DNA from: Schmidtea nova
Lineage: Eukaryota
Assembly: GCA_044892505.1 (NCBI GenBank)
Contig: CM097882.1
Span: 186,000,001 to 186,064,000, forward strand
DNA length: 64,000 nucleotides
Direction of reading: 5' to 3'
The notes beneath the pieces are model-generated. The model ran no database searches. It saw nothing but the letters and a program-made list of their open reading frames with translations, and was not told the DNA's origin. Positions within the stretch are counted from its first letter, which is position 1. Each line of letters starts with the position of its first letter. A program made the translations under genes and the position numbers. Positions 54,382 to 64,000 of this stretch are shown here, in pieces.

Positions 54382-55598
54382 TTTGTGGTAAATCTGAATT
54401 ATGTCTTTTTGACCGACCATCTCCTCAAGCAGTCATTGAATATGGTGCATTTGAAGAAGTATTTCCCATGAATTCTATTACAGATGGTAGAAATGATGTG
54501 GAATTTTACATTAACGGATCTCAATCTGAATACTTAGATTTGAATGATACTTTACTAACAGTTCAAATAAAAGTTGTAAATGCCGATAAAAAAGATTTGT
54601 CTGCTACGGATGATGTTATACCAAACAATTTTATGTTTCATACTCTATTCAAGGACGCCATTCTTGGGTTTAATAATATAAAAATTGAAGGTGGAAACAA
54701 TACATATGCACACAAGGCAATAATCGAAACTATTTTAAATTATAATAGTGATACTAAAGAAACTTGTCTTACTCCAATGGGATATGGAGATTCTGATGAG
54801 AGAAAAGCATGGATCAAAGGCTCAAAATTGTTCACAATGTGTTCATCTCTACAACTGGATTTCATGGATCAACCGAAATATTTATTACCAGGTGTCAATG
54901 TTCACATCAGACTGAAGCGATCTGATTCTGCACTATCATTATATTCAAAAAATGGCGCACCAAAATGTCAATTAGTTGATGCAAAGTTAATGATTCGTCG
55001 CGTTCGAGTTGAACCATCTGTATTAGCTGGACATCAAGTTGGACTTAACTCAAAACACGCCATTTATCCAATAAAAACCAAAGAAATCGTACAATTTGCT
55101 ATTGGTAAAGGTGCATCATCTTTCTACAAAGAACAAATATTCGGAGATCGAAGGATGCCTAATTTTATTCTGGTCACATTTCAAAGTGAAACTCAATACA
55201 ATGGATCATATAATGCATCTAGTTCGAAATTCAAACATTTCAATGTAACTTCCCTATCTCTATCGAAAAACACTGATTATAGAGAAACATACACTCAAGA
55301 TTTCGAAAATGATAATTATTGTACTACATATATGCAGTCGATGGTCAGAAATATGGGATATTTAGATATGAATTTGAATTGTGGTATAACACTTGCCGAT
55401 TTTAAAAACAAATACCCTTTCTTTACATTTGTTTTGGCTCCGGATTTCGATTTAAATCAAAGTCAATTACCTCAAAATGGAAATTTGAGATTGGATATAA
55501 AGTTTTCTAAAGCTATTGAAGAACCAGTACATGTAATAATATATGGAGTATTTGAAAATGAAATTCAAATTTCTGCTAATCGAACAGTATTGGTTTGA
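54378..55598 (+). CDS. Major capsid protein (double jelly-roll)
   Basis: KSELCLF..P.PQ, EYLDLNDT, QPKYLLPGV...L.R, FKHFNV and GNLRLDIKF motifs typical of Polinton MCP. Confidence 0.92.
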   Translation: MICGKSELCLFDRPSPQAVIEYGAFEEVFPMNSITDGRNDVEFYINGSQSEYLDLNDTLLTVQIKVVNADKKDLSATDDVIPNNFMFHTLFKDAILGFNNIKIEGGNNTYAHKAIIETILNYNSDTKETCLTPMGYGDSDERKAWIKGSKLFTMCSSLQLDFMDQPKYLLPGVNVHIRLKRSDSALSLYSKNGAPKCQLVDAKLMIRRVRVEPSVLAGHQVGLNSKHAIYPIKTKEIVQFAIGKGASSFYKEQIFGDRRMPNFILVTFQSETQYNGSYNASSSKFKHFNVTSLSLSKNTDYRETYTQDFENDNYCTTYMQSMVRNMGYLDMNLNCGITLADFKNKYPFFTFVLAPDFDLNQSQLPQNGNLRLDIKFSKAIEEPVHVIIYGVFENEIQISANRTVLV

Positions 55599-55665
55599 GC
55601 AGAGCTCAGACATTACTGGTTTAAACTAACATTATAAATGTGCAATTCAAAGTTAACAATTTGTC

Positions 55666-56065
55666 ATGGAGTAAGTTTTTATTATTTATCAAATAAATCT
55701 ATTTAAATAGTTCTATTCAGATTAATCGAATTGGAAAACAATTATTGGGAAATGAATTTATTGGAGTATATCCACTAGACAAAATACCTTATTTAGATGA
55801 CAATCAAGCCATAGTCGTCAATACACAATCATCTACTCTAAGTGGCGAACATTGGATAGCTGTATATGTAAAGCCGATCAAGATATATGCATTCGATCCA
55901 TTCGGATGTTACTATCCAGGTTTATTAGTTAGTAAACTGCAAACATTAGGAAAACCTATTGAATATAATCGAATTCGATATCAAGATCCATTAACAATTA
56001 CTTGTGGTCAACATTGCCTTGCATGGCTTAATTCAATGTTAAAAAGTATAAACAATGTAGTTTAA
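55666..56065 (+). CDS. Adenain-like cysteine maturation protease; exons 55666-55670 and 55711-56065
   Basis: Catalytic GEHW, FDPFG and Q..TITCGQHC. No in-frame ATG without splicing; a 40-bp GTAAGT..TAG intron gives MDSIQINRIGKQLLGNEFIGVYP. Confidence 0.88.
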
Positions 56066-56068
56066 TAT

Positions 56069-56503
56069 ATGTTTTTAGAAAAAATGACTTGTTATTTTAT
56101 TGATATTTACGGCTATAATGATAATTGTGGTGGAAAAATTATTAAAGAATTATGTATTATGAATGTTAATAATATTTTTCGACCAAAATATTGGATATAT
56201 AATGATGTTCCTTTTTGGGCTGGAATTGGTGAACCTGATAGATTAGAATGGTATGAAGGTGAAGATCATTTTTGTCCAACTTGTATTTTGAAAGAAATTG
56301 AAGATGTTGGTGCGATTTTCTATGTTACTGATCAAGATAAACTTTCTGTTTTAAAAAGATATTTCCCCTCCCTAAGATTAATTAAGTATAATGTTAAGGA
56401 AGTTGAAACTTTTCCTGACAATATTTCATGTCCATATCGAGATCATACAAATTGTGCATATAAAGGGTGTTTGGTGGGGGTTTTAGATTATTTGAAAAAT
56501 TAA
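56069..56503 (+). CDS. DEDD-fold nuclease-like protein with putative E-C-H-C zinc site
   Basis: FIDIYGY...IIKEL N-terminus and CPYRDHTNCA C-terminus. Confidence 0.6.
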   Translation: MFLEKMTCYFIDIYGYNDNCGGKIIKELCIMNVNNIFRPKYWIYNDVPFWAGIGEPDRLEWYEGEDHFCPTCILKEIEDVGAIFYVTDQDKLSVLKRYFPSLRLIKYNVKEVETFPDNISCPYRDHTNCAYKGCLVGVLDYLKN

Positions 56504-56812
56504 TGATATGTTTAAATTAATTGCTTTGAAATACAAAATTAATTGATTTGCAATTGAAATGCATGACCTCTATGGTTATCGTGCATGAGTAATCGTGTGT
56601 GTGTATTAACGGAAATTATAATGACGTGTTTGATAATACAAACATCTGGTAATTTCATGTTGTTTGTGTGCGAGCATTTCTCTAACCTATATCGATTCTG
56701 ATTGGTTGGTTAATAAAATTTGAAATTTCATGCTTTATATACACTATACTTTTACTTTTTAGTCACTTTTAATCACAAACTTTAAACCGCATTAATACCA
56801 ATACTCTAAAAA

Positions 56813-57295
56813 ATGTTCAATTTTACTATTTCAAAGCAAAGACAACTCGCCGGAGGAATTAATGGTAAATTTCTGATTTTTATTTTTTATATTTCTTATA
56901 TTTATTTTATTAGAATTAAATATCGCGAATAATATCGCAAACACTCTAACAGCAACAACTAGCGGAAATGGAGCCGCATCATCAGTTGGAAAATCTAACA
57001 TAAATCGAAATAATGGTAAATTTTCTAAAATGATTATTATTATTTTTATTTATAATTTTTAGAAAATTTGCTAATTAATGTATCTAAATTCCATGAAGTA
57101 GATATTGATGGTGCTAATTATATGCCGAATTATGCCCCAAATTATATGCCGAATTATGCCCCAAATTATGCTCCGAATTATGCTCCGAATTATGCTCCTA
57201 ATTATGCGTCAAGTAATGCCCTAAATGACTGCAGTATTTCGGATGTCCTGAATTCTGGATCGAATTTCGTTGGAAAAGTATCGAAGAAATGTTAG
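56813..57295 (+). CDS. Three-exon Asn-rich protein with (NYAP/NYMP)n repeat; exons 56813-56864, 56914-57015, 57063-57295
   Basis: Two phase-1 GTAAAT..TTAG introns (49 and 47 bp) give one open frame of ~128 aa; missed by the ORF track except for the last exon. Confidence 0.75.
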
Positions 57296-58115
57296 TATTT
57301 ATTGTATTTTCGTTTAATTTCTGTTTTAAAGTTATTATTTGTTTTTTTATTTTAAAGTTATTATTATTTGTTTTTTATTTTAAATTAATATTTTATGATG
57401 AAGAATAAATTTACTATATCTTTAATGTAATATGTAATTGTTTGTTGAACCATTACGTATTAAGTTAAAGATAAATAGTTTATAAAATTAATTATATTTA
57501 TATTACGAAGAAAGAATTTTAGTTTTTTCTATAATAAAAATTATATAATGAACATATTTTAATGAAAATATATTATTTTATGACGAAGAAATCTATGTTC
57601 TAAATCTATGATAAATATTATGCTGATAACCTATTTCATTTTATGAGATTAAGTTTTAATGATATTTATTTTTAATAAATGTTTTATGATGAAATTAAGA
57701 ATAGATTGTGAGGGAAATTTTAGGAATATTTATAACAAATGATATTTATTTTCAATATTATAAAGTATTATTAAAAGTTATAATAAAAAATAATAATAAT
57801 AATAATACTAACTTAATGATAATATTAAAAACTAACATGTTTATCATATAACATACGGTAACATAATCGTTAAATTATCATATTTCGTTAATCGCACATC
57901 ATACAGTTACATAACCCTTTCAAACATAAACTTTATCTTTATTTTGACATTTGACTAACTTATTATGTAATAGTTTAAACTGATAAAATAGATTTAACTT
58001 TTTGGTAATAGGTTAAGCTTATGTTTATTTTTCAATTATTTTTTAATTATTTTATAATTATTTTTTAATTATTTTATAATTATTTTATCATTATTTTAAA
58101 GGTTCAGATTATCCA

Positions 58116-58553
58116 TTGTACTGTAATAGTACTTTACATAATGATTGCCATCACATTATGGAAAAATACTATTCCTACAAATATAATGGTGTCACCCACC
58201 TCCTCTGTCCTAAATGTAAAATTATAGAAACGATATCATATAGAGAATTCTTTAACAAACATAGGTCCCATCTTACTCAATATATGCCTTCAAAAAAATC
58301 ACTTTTTAAGAGTTTAAATCAAAACCAAATTAATTTCAATTATAATAATAATAACTTTAATCAAAATAATAATAACAATAATAATAATAAAAATGCCAAC
58401 ATTAACAACAACAATAATCTAAATAATAATAATAATTTACAAAATATCAATAAAAGAAAAAACACAACAAATATGGATTCAGTTCCTACAAAAATACAAA
58501 TAATCGACATCAGTGATGATGAAGATATTAATATTGATAATAATAATAATAAT

Positions 58554-58617
<64 letters not shown>

Positions 58618-61600
58618 GTAGTAATATTCATACTATAACCATCAGTGATGATGAAGATATTAATAATATTGATAATAATAGTAGTAGTAGTAATATTCAT
58701 ACTATAACCATCAATGATGATGATGAAGAAATAATCATCATCAGTGATGATGAAAATTCCCAATTAAATAATAATATAAATAATAATCAAATTGGATATG
58801 GGTTAGTCGAAGTCAATTCTGACTTGAACGACAATCATGTTATAATAAAACTAGATGTCACAAATTTAGAATTAAAAACGGTCTCAGTGCCTGACATTTT
58901 GTTAAATAAATTAAATTTCTATGTTAATAAATTAAAATCATGTAAAATTCAATTTTGCCTTAAGGTGGAATTTGAGAAAGATGATGAGTTACAATCTTTC
59001 GTCATCTCAAATTCTGCCAGAGTTTGGAGCGATACCTTCATTGACGAAGGTATTTCAAATTTAAATGAGAAAATAGTTCAAATAAATGAAAAAGGTAGTA
59101 ATTGGACTATCAATAAAATCGAGTACATAAGTTTTGTTCTCACTAAATTTTCAGAAATAAGTCGGTTAAGTGGCAATAGTTTTATTAAAACCCCTAAATC
59201 ATTAAAGAATTTAAGCTGTCTTATAAATGTAATTAATAATGACAATTTTTGTTTCTTGTATAGTTTCCTATCAATTATTAAATATGAAAATGTCAATAGA
59301 CAATATAGAAATCGTCCTACTTCCTACGATCTTTCACAAATTAAATTTGACCCTAATGATATGCCGATGAAACTGGCAAATATAAGTAAATTTGAAAATC
59401 AAAATCCCGGCTATAGTATTAATGTCCTTAGTTATGACGAAAAGGCCTTGATAGACATTTCTGATGAAGATGCAGTTTTGAAGCATCCTTTTATTGATAT
59501 AATTTATCGAAGTAAGGTAGTAGGAGGAATACCTATAAATTTATTATTAATTGAAAATAAAAATACTTATCATTATGTGGGAATCACAGATTTAAATAGA
59601 TTCCTTAATTGTAGGAATAGTTCAATCACTCCTGTTAGGATTTGTAGCCAGTGGTGTCCTAGGTGTTTAAACGGTTTTAGGAACAATGAGTCTTTTAATA
59701 GGCATAGGGGTCTTTGTGATAGAAATCAGCTGGGTACTACCTTGTACACATTACCCAAAAACAAATATCTTGAATTTACTGATTGGAAGAAAACTGTCAC
59801 TCCTCCCTTTGTTATTTACGCCGACTTTGAGGCTATCTTACCAAAAGATGTTAAATACTTTCAACGTCACTTGCCGATTTCTGCTGGCTTACTTCTAATT
59901 AATAATTTTACCGGTGTAAAAATTTATAAATCATTCGTCGGTTTAGATTGTGTCAATCAATTTCTTAATGAAATTGAGTTGATTAGTAAACATATAGTGA
60001 CGCCTTTCTTTTATAAAAATTATCAAAAGAAAATGATAATTACCGACGTTCAACAATTAGATTTCGAAAACAGCACATCTTGTTATTTGTGCAATAAACC
60101 TTTAGTTTGTCCAGTTAGGGACTATGACCATTTTACCGGTCTATTTCTTGGCGCAGCTTGCAAAGCTTGCAATGTTTCAAGGCAAATTAGACATACCCTT
60201 CCTGTCATCTTTCATAATTTAAAGGGTTATGATCTACATCACATCTTAAAATTTGGCCTTTCAAAATACCATTCATGGAATATTAGTTGTATTCCTTTGA
60301 CCAGCGAGAAATTTCTTAGTCTTTTTGCTAGGATTGACTCCTTAACCGTTAAGTTCATAGACTCTTATCAATTTGTCAGCGAGTCTTTAAATAATGCTGT
60401 CAAAACTTTATCTTCTTTACCCTTGACCGAATCTGAATTTCAGGGTACAATAATAACAGCAAAGGGAATTTTTCCGTATGACACGGCAACTTCTTTAGAA
60501 GTTTTACAAAACACTCATCAGTTACCTCCTATCTGGAAAGACGTGAAGCCAGATGAATATGAGACAGCTCAGAGAATTTGGCGTGAAACCTCATGTACAT
60601 CGCTTTATGATTACATGATGGTTTATTTGAAACTCGATGTTTTCCTTTTAGCTGATTATTTTCAGCAATTTAGAGCTAAGTCTATTGTACATAACCGACT
60701 AGAACCACTAAATTTCTTAGGAATTCCAGGTATGTCTTGGAATTCCGCCTTATTAACTTTAAAATCTCCAATTGAGCTCCTCACCGATATGGAGATGTAT
60801 AACTTTTTCGAGGGCGGTATCCGTGGCGGATTAACCTTTGTAAATAAACACTATGTAAAAACAGGCCCGGATACTGCATTGCTTTACATAGACATAAATA
60901 ATTTATATGGTTGGGCATTAAGTCAACCTTTGCCATGCAGTAACTTTGAATGAGTCACAGATGACCACTTATTAAATGATATAATTGTTGAGTGCACATC
61001 GGTAGATTTAGATGTACTTCATTATGGTTATACCATAGAAGTGGATTTAGAAATACCGGCGTCGATTCACGACAAACTGGATGATCTTCCAGTTGCCGCT
61101 GAAAAGATGTGTGCACCGGGTTCGAAAGTTGAGAAGCTGCTGCTTACGCACTATCCAAAGAGGAACTACGTTCTTCATTGGAGGCTTCTGCAACTGTTTA
61201 TTAAATTAGGTGTTAAAATATCAAAAACACATAGAGCAATAAAATTCACACAAGATAAAATTTTTCAAAATTATATAAATACAAATACGGCGTTACGAGC
61301 AACGTCGACAAATAAATTAGATAAAAATTTTTATAAATTACTAAACAACAGTCTTTACGGCAAGACTGTTGAAAATCTTAAAAAACGTATAAATTTGCGT
61401 TTATGCAATTCGTCACAGAAGTTAATGACTTACTGCTCCAAACCGACTTTCCGAAAATCCACTAAGATCGACGATGACTTGATTTCTGTTTTGTTACGGA
61501 AGGAATCAGTGTGTTTGGATAGACCTAGTTACATTGGTCAAACAGTACTAGATTTATCCAAACTTAGGATGTACCAGCTACAGTATGAAGAGTTGCAAAA

Positions 61601-62261
61601 ATATCGTGACGACTTCAACTGCGAAATCAATATCGTTGCTGGGGACACTGATTCCTTCTTTTTGGAAATTAAAAATATTTCGTTAGATATACTCTTACCG
61701 GCAATGATTAGGGACAATCTTCTTGACACTTCGAATTATGACCCAAATCATCCTTTATACAGTAGGAACCTTGATTCTGTCGTTGGAAAGTTCAAAGACG
61801 AGAATAAAGGGCTACTGTATGAAGAGTGGGTGTTCTTAAGACCTAAGTGTTATAGTTTAATGGGCGATGAGGCATGTATGAAAGCTAAGGGGATTTGCAT
61901 GAAAGATGCTGGACTAACACATCAGTCGTATCTAGATTGTTATTTAAATAACAAAATATACACAGTCCCCCAGTTTAGAATAACTAGTAAGAACCACCAG
62001 TTATTTAGTATAAAAAATAATAAGAGGGCCTTGACTTGTAAGGATGACAAGCGTAACTGGATTGATAAAAATAAAAGTTTGGCATATGGCCATTATAGAG
62101 GGGGTGACACCAATATATTTGTAGATGATCCTGATGAGTGGGCAAATACAGAATGGCTAGATGCCGAATGGCCTCATACAGAATGGCCCGATGCCGAAAA
62201 TCTTGAATGGGATAATGTCGATAACATAATGTTGCCGATAAATGAAGACACAATGTCGTAG
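58116..62261 (+). CDS. Protein-primed family B DNA polymerase polyprotein with one in-frame TGA at 60951-60953
   Basis: Exo YADFE, FHNLKGYD, KFIDS; pol YIDINNLYG, KLLNNSLYGKT, AGDTDS; KCY. The two ORFs are in the same frame, separated by a single TGA. N-terminal GSNW and NDNFCF..HY motifs; EndoVII-like CYLC..DH.TG..AC..CN insert. Confidence 0.93.
58335..58790 (+). repeat. Coding (AAT)n poly-Asn tracts interleaved with repeated I-x-I-S-D-D-E units
   Basis: Directly visible in DNA and translation. Confidence 0.9.
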
Positions 62262-62316
62262 ATAATTGTGGAAATGCCGAGGGACTTGCATGTCCAACCA
62301 GATAATATAGACGGCT

Positions 62317-63160
62317 CTTTGTTATTTTAATAAATTTTTTATCAAAAAACATTAGTTTTTAATTTTGTTGATTTTTTTATGTGTTGTTATGATTTGTTTT
62401 TCANNNNNNNNNNNNNNNNNNNNNNNNNNNNNNNNNNNNNNNNNNNNNNNNNNNNNNNNNNNNNNNNNNNNNNNNNNNNNNNNNNNNNNNNNNNNNNNNN
62501 NNNNNNNNNNNNNNNNNNNNNNNNNNNNNNNNNNNNNNNNNNNNNNNNNNNNNNNNNNNNNNNNNNNNNNNNNNNNNNNNNNNNNNNNNNNNNNNNNNNN
62601 NNNNNNNNNNNNNNNNNNNNNNNNNNNNNNNNNNNNNNNTTTCAATAGAAAGAAGATTAGCATAAAAATTATTAATTTCTAATCAATTTAAGGAATTTCC
62701 CCGACTTGACCCTTTTTACGTGTAAAATTTGGTCGGATGATACCAATTTTTTATGTTTTTCCTTTTTTGTTCGCCTTTGAATTCTCAGTAGATTGGTATA
62801 AAAATTATTGAAATCTGAGCATTTTTGAAAATTTTGGAAAAAATGTTGAAAAAATTAATTTATTTTATATTTTATGAAAAAATAAATAAAAATAAATAAA
62901 TTTCAGTATTACGTCATCAATTACGTAATAAAAATAGTCTTACGTAATAATTTAAAAATTTTAAAAATTACGTAATATATAAAGTATTACGTAATAATAA
63001 ATTATTACGTAATAATAAATTATTATGTAACAAAGTACCCCCCCCTCCCCCCGGGGGGGAGGGGGGGGGGGTAAATTTATAAATTATTACGTAATATCAT
63101 ACAGTTTAGGGATAAATGGCTTGAAATCAAATTGTTCCCGGCTCCACACATCTACCTACT
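62317..63160 (-). repeat. Right terminal inverted repeat (spans a gap)
   Basis: Reverse complement of the left TIR with a few substitutions and one ~11-bp indel. Confidence 0.93.
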
Positions 63161-63810
63161 GTTGTATGTATTTTAACAATGGTCAATCTTCAAATTCCGA
63201 TTTATTTACATGGTGATTGGGAAGTTGCATTGCAAGATTTCGTGTTTTTGTACAACACATTTCCATTTTATAGTCAATGTAAGATTGATTACAAAAAGAT
63301 TGATACAAAAACATGTAGTGGTCTATTCATCATCAACAATTTTGAAAGAAATTATACTATTCCTAACCAAAATTTGAATGCTTATTGTTGTATGTATTTT
63401 AAAAATGGTTGTTTAAATATTAATTGTGATTTTACTCCATATACAATTACATTTGAAAATATTGAAGAAGCAAAACTAATGGGAAGTCAACTTAAAATTG
63501 CAAGTACACTGAAAGAATATCAATTAAAGTTCGTGTTATTTAAACCGAATAGTTATTTGAAAGAAGATATTAAGATAACAATATCTTATGATGCATAAAT
63601 TGAAGAAACATTTACATTTCCGAATGATTTGTATATAGTGCAACTGGAAGATTTTTCTAACTAGTTATCATTCAATTGCTCCTATATCTTTAAAACTCTA
63701 GAGATTAATACATGGTTTCAATTCAGTCTCAATGATAATATTAGTGAAGTTACATTTGATAAAACTTGGTAAATACTTTAGTAATAAATAAACAAACATG
63801 TAGAGATCGA
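63161..63810 (+). pseudogene. Continuation of the older Polinton's minor-capsid gene (with a 226-bp duplication), truncated
   Basis: Resumes exactly after the TSD; HGDWEVALQDF...LNINCDFTP...VTFDKTLVNTL parallels 53001-53700. Confidence 0.88.
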
Positions 63811-64000
63811 AACCTTATTGATGGGACTTTGGTTACTGTGAAAGAATTCTTCGTTGTCAAAAATATCTTGCTCCTGGCACGAGCCACTCTCTATGCCTGT
63901 GAAATAAATGATCTGATTCAATTTCCAACTTATTATAAATTACATAAATAACCGCCAACTGCACACCATATGCAAAACATAACTGCTGATATAAAGATAA

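Larger units (their letters stand above)
47583..63160 (+). mobile_element. Polinton/Maverick (adintovirus-like) element, ~15.6 kb, near intact
   Basis: Termini AGTAGGTAGATGTGTGG / CCACACATCTACCTACT; 6-bp TSD GTTGTA (47577-82, 63161-66); long TIRs; pPolB, integrase, ATPase, protease and two capsid genes. Confidence 0.97.

Noticed and set aside
58479-58763. Poly-Ile minus-strand ORF (and other antisense ORFs over Polinton and BEL genes)
   Set aside because: Antisense shadows of (AAT)n or of real plus-strand genes.
60951-60953. Alternative genetic code (TGA=Trp)
   Set aside because: Other Trp codons in the element are TGG and TGA terminates the MCP and pVI-like genes; a point mutation or error is simpler.
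63805-63951. Helitron/Pif1-like RNL..GT motif after the old Polinton breaks off
   Set aside because: Too short and at the window edge to support.

Overview
AT-rich eukaryotic (animal-like) genomic scaffold with assembly gaps and very short (40-57 bp) GT-AG introns; a flatworm-like host is plausible but is inference only. 1-12 kb: exons of a host PLEKHM1/DEF8-type Rubicon-homology gene interrupted by piggyBac remnants and a probable solo LTR. 12-44 kb: mostly decayed transposons (mariner, two hAT elements, Gypsy pieces, a 1.45 kb mini LTR element) plus a BEL/Pao-derived 1634-aa ORF whose Gag is fused to captured ubiquitin and HSP90 fragments and is followed by an Angel/CCR4-like fragment. 44-64 kb: a near-intact 15.6 kb Polinton/Maverick (adintovirus-like; 47583-63160, ~1 kb TIRs, GTTGTA TSD) nested in the minor-capsid gene of an older decayed relative. 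It has the core set (pPolB, integrase, ATPase, protease, major and minor capsid). Most notably it also encodes its own TATA-binding-protein homologue, has a recurrent TATAAACA(A) motif upstream of most genes, and carries five host-sized spliceosomal introns, two of them position-conserved in the older copy. Together these suggest a Polinton with its own promoter-recognition system. All family assignments are from motif recognition by eye; no searches were run.
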